Source of the DNA: an uncultured Gammaproteobacteria bacterium
GTDB taxonomy: Bacteria > Patescibacteriota > Patescibacteriia > UBA9934
Reading direction: 5' to 3'
DNA: 64,000 bases
Assembly (NCBI GenBank): GCA_964569575.1
Contig: CAZMTL010000001.1
Coordinates: 3,503-67,502 of the forward strand
Made by a program: the position numbers and the translations under genes. Of the stretch, positions 48,313 through 58,298 are shown piece by piece. Position 1 is the stretch's first letter; the number at the start of each line of letters is the position of its first letter. Under the pieces are notes generated by a model. It ran no database searches and was not told the DNA's origin. It was given only the letters and a program-made list of their open reading frames with translations.

Positions 48313-50205
48313 TTATTTCTCGTCGTCCTTCTTTACTTCTTCGAATTCTGCATCTTTTGTTCCTTCGTCTTTCTTTTCTTCACCACCGGCTGCTGCGGCT
48401 TGTTGTTCTTGTTGGTAGATTTTTGCGCCTACAGCTTGAGCGGCTTGCGAGAGTTCTTCTGACGCTTTTTTGATGGCTTCGATGTCGTCGCCGTCTTTTA
48501 GCTTTTTAAGAGCTTCTACTTTTTCCTCGATTGGTTTCTTTTCTTCGTCGGTGATTTTGTCCTTATGTTCTGTGAACATTTTTTCTACGGTGTACACCAT
48601 GGTGTCGGCCGTGTTTCGGACTTCGATCATTTCGCGCTTCTTCTTATCTTCTTCTGCGTGTGTTTCGGCGTCCTGTTTCATCTTTTCGATTTCATCTTTT
48701 GAAAGTCCAGATGACGCGGTGATCGTAATCTTTTGTTCCTTGTTCGTTCCCTTGTCCTTTGCTTTTACGTTTAGGATTCCGTTTGCGTCGATGTCGAAAC
48801 TTACTTCGATTTGCGGAACTCCGCGTGGAGCTGGTGGGATTCCAGTTAGGCTGAATTGTCCGAGTAGTTTGTTGTCGGCCGCCATTTCGCGTTCACCTTG
48901 GAAGACTTTGATGTCTACCGAAGGCTGGTTGTCGGCTGCAGTTGAGAAGACTTGAGATTTCGACGCTGGGATTGTTGTGTTCTTTTCGATCAACTTGGTC
49001 ATAATTCCTCCCATCGTTTCGATTCCGAACGAAAGCGGAGTTACGTCCAAAAGAAGAACGTCCTTTACGTCACCTTGAAGTACTCCGGCCTGAACAGCGG
49101 CACCAAGCGCCACTACTTCGTCTGGGTTTACCGTTACGTTTGGCTTTTTGCCGAAAAATTCTTCTACTTTCTTCTGGATCAATGGCATTCGGGTCATTCC
49201 TCCTACCATCACGATTTCTTCGATCGCTTTCGATTCTAGCTTCGCATCTTTCAATGCCTGTCGTACTGGGCCAAATGTTTTTTCTACCAACGGCATCACC
49301 AATTCTTCCAACTTCGCTCGTGTCAATTTCATCACCAAGTGCTTTGGACCTTCTGCGCCCGAAGTGATGAACGGTTGGTTGATTTCTGTTTCTTGAGCCG
49401 TTGAAAGTTCGATTTTTGCGCGTTCTGCTGCGTCCTTAATTCGTTGAAGCGCAAGAGAATCTTTGCTCAAATCCACGCCTTCGAGGTTTTTGAATTCGGT
49501 AATAATCCAGTCGATCACCACTTTGTCGAAGTCGTCTCCTCCAAGGTGCGTGTCACCGTGCGTTGAAATTACTTCTACCGTGTTATCTGAAACGTCGAGC
49601 ACAGACACGTCGAATGTTCCTCCTCCTAGATCGTACACAAGAATTTGCTGACCGGCTTTCTTTTCGAATCCGTACGCAAGTGCTGCCGCCGTAGGTTCGT
49701 TAATAATTCGAAGAACCTTTAGTCCTGCGATTTCACCTGCGTCTTTTGTTGCTTGGCGTTGTGCGTCGTCGAAGTAAGCTGGAACGGTAATGACCGCTTC
49801 GGTAATTGTTTCACCTAGCTTTTCTTCGGCGTCTGCTTTCATCTTTTGCAACACCATCGCGCCGATCTGCTGTGGAGTGAATTCTTCACCACCCATTTTT
49901 ACCGCTACACCTTCACCGCGTTTGATGATTTCGTACGGCATCAATTTTACGTCTTCGGTAACTTCGTCATCTTCAAAACGTCGGCCGATAAGTCGTTTTA
50001 CTGAATAAAGAGTGTCTTTTGGATTCGTAACCGCCTGTCGCTTTGCTGGAAGTCCAACAAGGCGTTCACCTGTTTTTGAAGTCGAAATCATCGAAGGAGT
50101 TGTTCGGTTTCCTTCCTTGTTTTCGATAATCTTCGGCGATCCACCCTCCATAATCGCCATCGCACTGTTTGTTGTTCCTAAATCGATTCCTAGAATTTTT
50201 GCCAT
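48313..50205 (-). CDS. dnaK: Chaperone DnaK (Hsp70)
   Basis: 630 aa. Motifs [27 protein letters not shown], plus the C-terminal acidic EEVD-like tail. Confidence 0.95.
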   Translation of the reverse strand: MAKILGIDLGTTNSAMAIMEGGSPKIIENKEGNRTTPSMISTSKTGERLVGLPAKRQAVTNPKDTLYSVKRLIGRRFEDDEVTEDVKLMPYEIIKRGEGVAVKMGGEEFTPQQIGAMVLQKMKADAEEKLGETITEAVITVPAYFDDAQRQATKDAGEIAGLKVLRIINEPTAAALAYGFEKKAGQQILVYDLGGGTFDVSVLDVSDNTVEVISTHGDTHLGGDDFDKVVIDWIITEFKNLEGVDLSKDSLALQRIKDAAERAKIELSTAQETEINQPFITSGAEGPKHLVMKLTRAKLEELVMPLVEKTFGPVRQALKDAKLESKAIEEIVMVGGMTRMPLIQKKVEEFFGKKPNVTVNPDEVVALGAAVQAGVLQGDVKDVLLLDVTPLSFGIETMGGIMTKLIEKNTTIPASKSQVFSTAADNQPSVDIKVFQGEREMAADNKLLGQFSLTGIPPAPRGVPQIEVSFDIDANGILNVKAKDKGTNKEQKITITASSGLSKDEIEKMKQDAETHAEEDKKKREMIEVRNTADTMVYTVEKMFTEHKDKITDEEKKPIEEKVEALKKLKDGDDIEAIKKASEELSQAAQAVGAKIYQQEQQAAAAGGEEKKDEGTKDAEFEEVKKDDEK

Positions 50206-50225
50206 ATGATTAGTTTAAGTTTATT

Positions 50226-50287
50226 TGGTCATTGCGAGGAGTGCTGCGACGAAGCAATCTTTTACTTCGCTGCGCTCGCAATGACGG
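50226..50287. repeat. Palindromic repeat family C copy (ggtcattgcgaggagtgctgcgacgaagcaatc ... ctcgcaatgac)
   Basis: Same orientation as 39984..40076. Lies between dnaK and grpE. Confidence 0.65.
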
Positions 50288-50300
50288 ATTGAAATGAAGT

Positions 50301-50843
50301 CTAAGCTTTACTCACCACCACCTTCGCTGGACGGATAACTAGGTCGCCCATTTTCCAGCCGGATTGCATTACTTTTATGATGGAACCTGGTTCTTTTGAT
50401 TCGTCTTGTTCTTCGCTGACCGCTTCGTGTTGAAGTGGGTCGAGCTTGCCAGCTGTTTCGATTGGTTCGATGCCTAGCGAGGCAAAAACTTCTTCAAATT
50501 GTTTTTTGATGAATGTAACGCCCATCATCCAGTTGTCGAACTTTTTCTGATCTTCTTCTGCAAGCGTCACTGCTGGTGTGTGGTGAACGGCTTGTTCGAA
50601 GTTGTCGGCGACTGGGAGAAGCTGGTGCGCGAGCCCGATTTTGATTCGGTTGCGATCTTGTTCTTTTTCGTTCGCCAAGTTTTTCTTCAAGTTTTCGTAG
50701 TCCGCAAGCGCGCGCTTCCATCCGCCTAGGTATTCATCACATTTCTCTTCCAGCGTTGGTTCTTTTGCCACTTCTTCTCGAGCGTCTTCGGGCGGTTGCG
50801 TGATTGATTCTTTTTCTTCGTTGTTTACATCGTCTTTTTTCAT
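50301..50843 (-). CDS. grpE: Nucleotide exchange factor GrpE
   Basis: 180 aa. Coiled-coil N-terminus. C-terminal ..[10 protein letters not shown]..., ..[24 protein letters not shown] pattern. Confidence 0.85.
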   Translation of the reverse strand: MKKDDVNNEEKESITQPPEDAREEVAKEPTLEEKCDEYLGGWKRALADYENLKKNLANEKEQDRNRIKIGLAHQLLPVADNFEQAVHHTPAVTLAEEDQKKFDNWMMGVTFIKKQFEEVFASLGIEPIETAGKLDPLQHEAVSEEQDESKEPGSIIKVMQSGWKMGDLVIRPAKVVVSKA

Positions 50844-51550
50844 ATCATTCTTGATTCAAGCATTTCCCTTGCATCGGAAAGCAGTTTTATATTTTTTGCG
50901 TAGTTCATGCGCTGTGGGCCCAGGAAGCCGATCACTCCCGGAACGTTTTTTGGACTTGTGTAGCGCATCATCACCGTTGCCATTGCGTCGCCGAATGGGT
51001 TTTCGCTTCCGATCCAGACGTGGATTTGGTTGTCCATGCGACTGCGGAAGGTTTTGATCGCTTCGTCGAATTGATCGATCGTGGCCGACAGCGCGCGCAT
51101 CGATTCGACGTCGCCGAATTCCGGCTTGGAGAACAGTGTGGAAACGCCAGTGTAGTAATGCCAGCCGTCTTCTTGTGTTACGAACGCCGCATCGCCGGAC
51201 AGCTTCACCATGCTTTTCGTCATGGCTCGCAGGAAATCTTTGAACTGATCTGTTTGTGGTGCAATTTGCTTAATGGTGAGCCGGACTCGAACGCGTGGAG
51301 CTTCTTTTTTTCGGACAAAGCGATCGAGATAATACCTGTACCCTTCTTCGGTTGGAATGCGTCCAGCGGATGTATGTGGCTGACGAAGCAATCCCGTTTC
51401 TTCTAATACGGCCATGTCGTTTCGCACCGTTGCGGGTGAAACATCGATGCCGTATTTTTCGACCAATATTTTGGACGAAACCGGTTGAGCTGTTTCGACA
51501 TATTCTTGCACAATGGCTGCCAGAATACGTTCTTGCCTTGGGTTTAACAT
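50840..51550 (-). CDS. hrcA: Heat-inducible transcription repressor HrcA (short form)
   Basis: 236 aa. N-terminal w[67 protein letters not shown]. Overlaps the grpE start by 4 nt. A CIRCE element lies upstream. Confidence 0.75.
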   Translation of the reverse strand: MLNPRQERILAAIVQEYVETAQPVSSKILVEKYGIDVSPATVRNDMAVLEETGLLRQPHTSAGRIPTEEGYRYYLDRFVRKKEAPRVRVRLTIKQIAPQTDQFKDFLRAMTKSMVKLSGDAAFVTQEDGWHYYTGVSTLFSKPEFGDVESMRALSATIDQFDEAIKTFRSRMDNQIHVWIGSENPFGDAMATVMMRYTSPKNVPGVIGFLGPQRMNYAKNIKLLSDAREMLESRMI

Positions 51551-51584
51551 AACTTTTGACCTTTAGAGAAAGACATAACGTCTT

Positions 51585-51611
51585 TTAGCACTCAGTATTG
51601 TAGAGTGCTAA
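51585..51611. promoter_or_regulatory. CIRCE operator (TTAGCACTC-N9-GAGTGCTAA), perfect consensus, 35 bp upstream of hrcA
   Basis: ttagcactcagtattgtagagtgctaa read directly in the sequence. Confidence 0.9.
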
Positions 51612-51928
51612 TTTTGATTCGTCAAGAGTCTAAAAAGGGTTGTGAGTGGATGGTTTTTGAAGAGCTGGAATTTTGAGGGGTTGAGGCCTGTGTTACGCAG
51701 AATAGTGCTTACGCTTGAGTTACTTATTCCGTCATCCCGGACTCGATCCTGGATCCATCGGTCTTCACTTTCGCTTCCCCCTCCTTTTCAAGGAGGGGTT
51801 AGGGGTGGTTACGCGCTGTTTGAGCGCAATCTTGAGCGCATATTGTGGTTGACTTTTTATCTAAAATCTGTTACTCTTTTCTGTTTCCGGACGGCCTTGA
51901 AATGGTGATTTCCCGGAAAGGAGGAGAT

Positions 51929-52399
51929 ATGGTTCAGACCACTGTTCGTAACCCGCTTGTGACTGCCGTCACGAACAAGCTGCTTCGAATCGTCGAGATT
52001 CGTGAAGACAATCGAGGACACGAAAAGATCGAGGTCCTATGGCGATATCTCGGCACAAGTCGTCACGATCGAGAGCAGCTCGCCGGGCTCGGCCTGATCA
52101 TCGAGGGATCGTGCCTGATGGTGCGGCTTCCGCCAAGGCCGGGTGCCTACGAGGGGTGGAACGGTGACGAATTCATCTTGACTCGTCTTTCGCTCCCGCT
52201 CGAGCGCGCCGTGACTTCGAGTGGCGGAGCAACCTTCCTCCACACCTACTGCCCGCAGAACGATTCCCGTGCCATCAATGCTCGGCTTCCGCGGGGAGTG
52301 GCCCGATTGGTTCAGCCGGATCGTCAGGAATTCGAGATCCGCAACATCGAGTGGCAAGGGCTTCCGCGAAGCGCCGCTGACCTGGGGTTGCGGCGCTAG
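51929..52399 (+). CDS. Hypothetical protein encoded by a GC-rich cassette
   Basis: ATG 51929 after AAAGGAGGAG, with TTGACT-17-TACTCT upstream. ORF track 51845..52399. High GC3. No known domain. Confidence 0.45.
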   Translation: MVQTTVRNPLVTAVTNKLLRIVEIREDNRGHEKIEVLWRYLGTSRHDREQLAGLGLIIEGSCLMVRLPPRPGAYEGWNGDEFILTRLSLPLERAVTSSGGATFLHTYCPQNDSRAINARLPRGVARLVQPDRQEFEIRNIEWQGLPRSAADLGLRR

Positions 52400-52492
52400 A
52401 TGACTGGATATTTCAGAACAGGGCACGCGCGAGGGGCTTGGAAACAAGCCCCTCTTTTTGTATCGAAAAAAGAGCCCGCAGGCTCTTTTTTG

Positions 52493-54640
52493 CTACGTCA
52501 CTCCTTTGATCACTCTTCCCGGTCCAGAGTTTCGCTTCGCTCTCGAAAGGCCTTTTGGCGCTTCGTCGGCTGCTTTTTCGCGTTTACTGTCTTCTTTTGT
52601 GCGCCATCCCTTCGCACCTTGCGCTTCCATGTAGCCATGAATGTACCCAAGTACCCTTTCGCTCTTCGCTAAATCGGACTCTAGCTTGAGCAACTTCTTG
52701 CTTGCCTCTTTGTATCCCGGCGTTTTCATGACTCGGTTCCAGTAACCCTGTAAACCGCCACCACCCTTCAGTGAAGGATACTGTTTATAGAGAGCTTCCA
52801 AATCTTCTTCCAACATTTCCAGCTGAATTTTCTCGGCCTGATATTCTTCGTAGCTATATCCTGTTACCTTTTCGGCACCCAGCTTGTCGTAAAATTCAGG
52901 ACCTTCGATTTCTAAATTCTGCATCGCTTGTTCCGACAATTTTGCTTCTCCAAACCATTCGTCGGTTAAATCATCCGTTTCATCAAGTACATCTGCACTA
53001 GAACCATCTCCATCGCCAGAGTCGCGGTTACTTGCTTCGTTTTTTGATGGCTTGATTGCATTTGTCTCACTCAACTTTTGAAGCACCTCTTCGTTCGAAC
53101 GATTGTCGCTCGGCATGTTTGCCTCTGGAGTTTTTACGGAGGCGAATTCTTGCTTTAGAACTGAGTCGGGATCCGTGATCGGCATCGGATCAGAACCAGT
53201 GGCATATGAAGCGCTCAAATCTTCAAAATCCGCTTTAACTTCTTTTAATAACCTACTTCGCAGCTCTGGTGTTAGTTTCATTGCATAACGCTTGTCCGGA
53301 TCCAGAAGCTTTGGCTCCCCACTTTCGAAAACTAATTCGCCCTTACCATCACGTTCGTAATAATTTATATACTCGCTACCCTCACTCAATGCCTGAAGTT
53401 TTTTATTGTATCCGCTTATTTCACTCATCATCAACGACTCCATCTGGCCAGGAGTTTTCTTTTCTTGAGACTTCTTTCTGTCTTTAATATTCTTATAATT
53501 CTCTGCCGTGAAAGTCTTCGTATATACTTCATCTTTTCTAAACGGATCGTTTTTCGCCTTATATTCTTGTTCGCTAAAACTTGACGAAACAATACCTGTT
53601 TCTGTCTTTAAATGATCTACAAACTCTCGTCGCTTCGCTTCAATCTTCTGCGCCGAATCATCGTCGCCGCGCTGCTTAAAGTTGTCGCGCGCGCGTCCCA
53701 AGTCCATTATGACTGCCTGATATTTTGGCAACTTATAACTTTCTTTAATCGATTTGATTTCGTTGTTAAAATTTCTGTGTGCCGTTTTTAAATTTTCGTC
53801 ATCGATCCCTTGCTCTAATTTCTTATTATACTGAACTCGAACGCCTTCACGTTTTTCTTCAAGCATCTCTAGCTGGTCTTCGATGCGATCAATCTCTTCT
53901 TTGGAATCCAATTTGTAATCCTCAGGCTTAAGTTTTTCTAAATCTTCCAATAACTGCCTATCTCCTTCCAGAGCTAGATCACCTTCAGTAATCTCTGCAG
54001 ACCTGTTCACCTGATTATTTGAGACTAATTCCAAATCACTTTTTGGCAGAAGTGTCGTGTCTGCCTCTTCTTCTCGATTTGACGCTGTATTCATCGGTTC
54101 GGTGACATCTGTTTCGGCTAATCTATTTTCTAGGTTCATCGGCTCAGTCTGCTCGTCAGCAATCTTGTTCGCAGCATTTTCATCTGCAATTGATAATCCA
54201 GAAGACTCTAAATCATCAAAAATACCTTCCTCTTTTTGAAAGGCGTCCAGCTTATTCAACCCATCCACATCTACATCCGGTTCAATTATTTCCGAAATGT
54301 GCCCAACGTCATCCATTGCAAGAACATCTTTTTCGATAATTTTCTCTGACTGGATGTCCAACGCTTTTAGTTCTGCTCGTATCTTGTCTAGCGCCTCGGC
54401 ATCGGTACCGGATTCGAAGGTGCGCTGAAGGAGATCGGCGAATTGGTTTAGGATTTCGTTTTTGCCTTCGTACTTTCGGGAAATATCAACGATGTTGGTC
54501 GCCAAAATACTCTCCGCTTCTGTCATTTCGTCTGCCGGTCGCTTTTCTCCAACACCTACATCCGGCGTAAGTGGCTTTCTTGGAGCTCGGTCTTGTTTCG
54601 AGATTTGGGTTGGTTCTTGATTTGGGCTGTCCATGTTCAT
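52493..54640 (-). CDS. Large (715 aa) highly acidic coiled-coil protein, hypothetical
   Basis: Long open frame rich in E/D/K with heptad-like segments. No enzymatic motif found. Confidence 0.5.
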   Translation of the reverse strand: MNMDSPNQEPTQISKQDRAPRKPLTPDVGVGEKRPADEMTEAESILATNIVDISRKYEGKNEILNQFADLLQRTFESGTDAEALDKIRAELKALDIQSEKIIEKDVLAMDDVGHISEIIEPDVDVDGLNKLDAFQKEEGIFDDLESSGLSIADENAANKIADEQTEPMNLENRLAETDVTEPMNTASNREEEADTTLLPKSDLELVSNNQVNRSAEITEGDLALEGDRQLLEDLEKLKPEDYKLDSKEEIDRIEDQLEMLEEKREGVRVQYNKKLEQGIDDENLKTAHRNFNNEIKSIKESYKLPKYQAVIMDLGRARDNFKQRGDDDSAQKIEAKRREFVDHLKTETGIVSSSFSEQEYKAKNDPFRKDEVYTKTFTAENYKNIKDRKKSQEKKTPGQMESLMMSEISGYNKKLQALSEGSEYINYYERDGKGELVFESGEPKLLDPDKRYAMKLTPELRSRLLKEVKADFEDLSASYATGSDPMPITDPDSVLKQEFASVKTPEANMPSDNRSNEEVLQKLSETNAIKPSKNEASNRDSGDGDGSSADVLDETDDLTDEWFGEAKLSEQAMQNLEIEGPEFYDKLGAEKVTGYSYEEYQAEKIQLEMLEEDLEALYKQYPSLKGGGGLQGYWNRVMKTPGYKEASKKLLKLESDLAKSERVLGYIHGYMEAQGAKGWRTKEDSKREKAADEAPKGLSRAKRNSGPGRVIKGVT

Positions 54641-54678
54641 ACGCGAAGGTTAGTTGAGGTCATTATATCGCACCGGTG

Positions 54679-56352
54679 CTAGAAACCGAAGGATTTCTTT
54701 TGGGATTTGGCGGCGGATGTCCACACCATCTTTTTGTCTTTGCGGCGTTTGAGGAGTTCTGCGAAATGCTCTCCGCCTAAAATGGTTGGAACGATGACGA
54801 AATGAGCTCCAAGTTCGTACATCTCTTTTGCGCGATCGGCGGATTTTACCGTTACGATGATGGTGGCTTTTGTGCGCTTTACTCCCTTGAGGAATTCGAT
54901 GATGTCGGCGCTGACTGCGTCGTCGGGGATGGTGGAGATGATGATTTTTGCTTTGTGCGCTTGGACGGCTTGGAGTAGATCTTGGTTCCCCGCGTCTCCG
55001 TACATGTGCGGAATGCGTTTTTGTTTGAGTTGTTCAATGGCTTTCGGATCGATGTCGACGACTAGATAGTCTTTTTTGAGGGATTTTACGGCCGGCAAAA
55101 TGCGCTCGCCTAGGCGGTGGTAGCCAAACATAATTACTTCTGGTGCATGCTCCACTTTTGTGCGTTTCTCCTTCCCTGCTAGTTCTAGTGGATAGAACAA
55201 AAATTCCATCTTGTCGTAAATGGCTTCGTTGTAGTTGATCATGTACGTCGAAATTGCGATCGTAATGAGGGCGACGATGGTGGTGAGTGGAAGAATGGAC
55301 GAGTCGACAAATCCTGCGGTGACACCGGCGGCGAGGAAGATGAATGAGAATTCCGAAATTTGCGCCATGGTGACGCCGACCAAAAATCCGGTTCGGGGGT
55401 GATAGCCGAATGCGCGTAGGATGATGAGGAGGATGATTGGGTTCCCGATTAGAATGAATGCGCTAAAGGCGATTCCCATTGGGAGAGATGCGGCAACGGA
55501 AGAAAGACTAAGGGTTGTACCGAGGTAGATGAAGAAGAGAATCAGGAAGAAGTCCCGCAGAGGGCGGACTTTGGCTTCGACTTCGCGGTGGAAGGCTAGG
55601 CCGGCGAGTGAAATTCCGGCTAGAAGCGCCCCGATTTCTATTCCGAATCCTAGGAAATGCAATCCGCTTGCAACCGCAAAACACCACGACAGCGATGTCA
55701 TGAACAGGAGTTCGTGCGAAGACGCCACAAACGCAAACAATTTTGGCAGAACATATTTCGCTAGCAGCCAAAGGATGAATACCACGGCGATTAATTTTGC
55801 GGCAGACATTAGCAGTACTACTTCGAGAGCTCCTTCTTGTGCGCGCAAAGAACCCACGACTAGTAGCAACATCATTGCGACTAGGTCTTGCACGATCAAC
55901 ACACCAATACTTACTCGCCCGTAAAAACGCTCGATGTCTTCTTTGTCACTCAACAGCTTTACAATAATGATCGTGCTCGAAAACGCGAATGCGGTGGCGA
56001 TGAATAAGCTAGTCATCAGATCGAAACCGAACGCTTGGCCGACAAAAATTCCGATTCCTGTTGTAAATATAATTTGGCCGAGCCCTGCGAAGAACGCGAT
56101 CATTCCAACATCCTTAACGCTGCGCCAGTTTAGATTTAATCCCACTAAAAATAATAAGAACGCAATACCGATTTCGGCAAGCGCCTTGAAGACTTCGGCT
56201 GATTCGGTAAGTCCAAGCACGCCCGGACCAACAATCAAGCCAGTAATAATGTAGGCAATGATGAGCGGTTGACGGAACAAGCGCGCCACAAGGGAAAGAA
56301 CTCCTGCCGTCAAAATAACGGCCCCGATTTCGATAAAGAGCGTGTCGATCAT
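54679..56352 (-). CDS. Monovalent cation:proton antiporter (CPA2/Kef-type) with C-terminal RCK/TrkA-N domain
   Basis: 557 aa. About 12 TM helices, then a Rossmann GxGxxG-like segment (IMFGYHRLGERI) and RCK features. Confidence 0.8.
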   Translation of the reverse strand: MIDTLFIEIGAVILTAGVLSLVARLFRQPLIIAYIITGLIVGPGVLGLTESAEVFKALAEIGIAFLLFLVGLNLNWRSVKDVGMIAFFAGLGQIIFTTGIGIFVGQAFGFDLMTSLFIATAFAFSSTIIIVKLLSDKEDIERFYGRVSIGVLIVQDLVAMMLLLVVGSLRAQEGALEVVLLMSAAKLIAVVFILWLLAKYVLPKLFAFVASSHELLFMTSLSWCFAVASGLHFLGFGIEIGALLAGISLAGLAFHREVEAKVRPLRDFFLILFFIYLGTTLSLSSVAASLPMGIAFSAFILIGNPIILLIILRAFGYHPRTGFLVGVTMAQISEFSFIFLAAGVTAGFVDSSILPLTTIVALITIAISTYMINYNEAIYDKMEFLFYPLELAGKEKRTKVEHAPEVIMFGYHRLGERILPAVKSLKKDYLVVDIDPKAIEQLKQKRIPHMYGDAGNQDLLQAVQAHKAKIIISTIPDDAVSADIIEFLKGVKRTKATIIVTVKSADRAKEMYELGAHFVIVPTILGGEHFAELLKRRKDKKMVWTSAAKSQKKSFGF

Positions 56353-56353
56353 A

Positions 56354-56680
56354 CTATTTCGCTAGTACGCGCTTTTTGATGCGCTTGATTGGATGCGGTT
56401 TTCGTTCTTGGCGAATCACATCAGTCACCATTCCGATGGTAATCAAAATCAACGGGATAGTGAGCAACATGAAAAGTGACGCGGCGATTTTTGAGACGTC
56501 GTTTGATGGCGTAAGGTGTTGACCGGTACCGGTGGTCATCATGGTCGCGACTGTGAAATAAAACGAGTCAATCAACGTCCAGCCTTCTAGGTACGAAAAA
56601 AGAAGCGTACCGCCGAATAAAAATGTAACCACAAACAGCAGAACCGAACGCAAACGTGGGTGAAGTAAAAAATCGATCAT
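56354..56680 (-). CDS. Small 2-TM potassium-channel-like pore protein with a divergent selectivity filter (TTGTGQ)
   Basis: 108 aa in a TM1, pore helix, filter, TM2 arrangement. DSFYFTVATMMTTGTGQ compares with the K-channel SFYFxxVTxTTVGYGD. Translationally coupled to the CPA2 gene, 1-nt gap. Confidence 0.5.
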   Translation of the reverse strand: MIDFLLHPRLRSVLLFVVTFLFGGTLLFSYLEGWTLIDSFYFTVATMMTTGTGQHLTPSNDVSKIAASLFMLLTIPLILITIGMVTDVIRQERKPHPIKRIKKRVLAK

Positions 56681-56689
56681 ATCCTCCTA

Positions 56690-57240
56690 TTAATTGTTGT
56701 AAGTATAACACAATTGATTTTTGTAATGCGATGCTCGCCGTCGCGTGTTGTACTTGGATGGTCGTTGGTTGTATTGATGAAGAAAAGTGGATCGCTGTTT
56801 TTCGAGAAGACCCCTCCTAGCCTCCCATTGGTAAGGGGAGGAAGCGCTGCAGGCTCGTGTCCCCCTTACCAAGGGGGACGACAGGGGGTCGCGTGACGCA
56901 TTCGCGTTCGATTATCGCGGAACCTCCCCTCCGTCCTTCGCTAAAGCTTCGGAGGACCCACCCGTAGCCTTGGCGAAGGAGGGGAAGCGCGTTTTGATCT
57001 TCGCCGAGAGATCTCTCCACTTCGCTCGGCTTCGCCTCACTTCGGTCGAGATGGTGATGTTTTAATTATGTTCCTACTACTTAGAGCATCTTTTTTTCTT
57101 ACCATCTCGACCGAACGAAGTGAGCGGAGAGATCTCTCGTGTGCGCTCGAAGCGAAATAAGCGATGGATCCCGGGTCGGGGCCCGGGATGACGGAGATGA
57201 TAGAGGCGCGTCGTGAGTAGGGATTGTTAGATCATTCGAG
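56690..57240. repeat. 550-bp cluster of nested palindromic repeats (families A, D and B plus a large inverted repeat 57030..57135)
   Basis: The family A copy at 56809..56893 is inverted relative to 48188..48270. Family D cgccgagagatctctc occurs twice, 56995-57025 and 57116-57140. Family B is at 57166..57192. Confidence 0.7.
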
Positions 57241-57293
57241 TCACTATATATCAAAACAAAAGACCCGCTCCTGAGAGCGGGTCGTGGGTTGCG

Positions 57294-57902
57294 TTACAGG
57301 GGTACGCATGGGTGCCTCGGTGAGAAGAAGATCATGCCCGTTCGGCGTGTAATCTTCCCTTCTGGTGGGCCGAAGGACTGACCTGGGTACAGGTAGGCTA
57401 CCTGTACAAGCCAACCTTCGTTCGAAAAACTGACGCGATAACCGATCGTGACCGTGCTGGTCGGATTGACCGGCTCCTTCACTTCGTCCGTTCGAAACAT
57501 GAGTGCTTGCGCGCTCCAGAACGGATTCGATTCCATCAACTCCCGATTCTTGAAGACGCCTTCCCGCAGGTACGTCGCGAGATCGAACGGCACCGTTCCG
57601 TGTCGAGGTACCGCCATCGGCCACCCCACCGGATGATCAAATGCCATCTCGATCTCTGCCCTTGCCGCGTGACGCTTCGCGTTGTCAGCGAGCGTTGCGT
57701 CGATCACCTTCTGCACGTGTCGCAGCAACTTGCCGAGCACGGCTTCGGACTCGAGCATTCCCATTACCGAACGCCACTTGGTGATTCGTCCCGGTCCCGG
57801 CCCTTCCATGCTGAACACGGCATTGGCCAGCCATCGACGAAGTTCTTCGCCGACAGCGATTACCACCGGAGCACCGTCCGGCAAACGCGTGATGACGGGC
57901 AT
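57294..57902 (-). CDS. Hypothetical 202-aa protein, second gene of a GC-rich two-gene operon
   Basis: ATG preceded by GGAGG 5 nt upstream, 19 nt after the stop of 57922..58215. A terminator hairpin gacccgctcctgagagcgggtc lies at about 57250..57275. High GC3. Confidence 0.45.
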   Translation of the reverse strand: MPVITRLPDGAPVVIAVGEELRRWLANAVFSMEGPGPGRITKWRSVMGMLESEAVLGKLLRHVQKVIDATLADNAKRHAARAEIEMAFDHPVGWPMAVPRHGTVPFDLATYLREGVFKNRELMESNPFWSAQALMFRTDEVKEPVNPTSTVTIGYRVSFSNEGWLVQVAYLYPGQSFGPPEGKITRRTGMIFFSPRHPCVPL

Positions 57903-57921
57903 GCCGCCTCCATTGCACTTG

Positions 57922-58215
57922 CTAGTGCTCGGTGTAGAGTTCTACTTCCCTACGGTCACTTGGAAAATCCCAGGCGCCGGTGTCGCAGAAGATGTGTACG
58001 CTGTAGCTCTGTGCTTCGGTGAAGACCTTCACCATCTCGAAGAGCACGCTGTACACCTCCAGAACTCGCAACAAGTCAGCCTTCGAGACCTGCACCTCGA
58101 GCACAAATATTCCTACCTTCACCGCCCACTTCACACTCAGACTCTCCGGCTCGTTGATCAGACAGCTGAGCATCTCATGAACCGATGCGATTTGTTCTGG
58201 CCGTGGTGCATTCAT
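57922..58215 (-). CDS. Hypothetical 97-aa protein, first gene of a GC-rich two-gene operon
   Basis: ATG preceded by AAAGGAGAAGCA and a TTGACA-17-TAGAAA promoter (minus strand, about 58230..58260). Confidence 0.4.
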   Translation of the reverse strand: MNAPRPEQIASVHEMLSCLINEPESLSVKWAVKVGIFVLEVQVSKADLLRVLEVYSVLFEMVKVFTEAQSYSVHIFCDTGAWDFPSDRREVELYTEH

Positions 58216-58298
58216 TGCTTCTCCTTTGACGACCGCTATTTCTACCAGTTCACACGGTTTTTGTCAATCAAAAATCCACCGGTAAGGGTGGATTTTTG

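Noticed and set aside
48207-48473. ORFs translating the palindromic repeats (48207..48473 +, 56690..56872 -, 21973..22233 +)
   Set aside because: The peptides (SPYQGEARRGL, PLVRGT, IPGSEPGMT) derive from hairpin repeats found in several intergenic copies and orientations. They are not coding.
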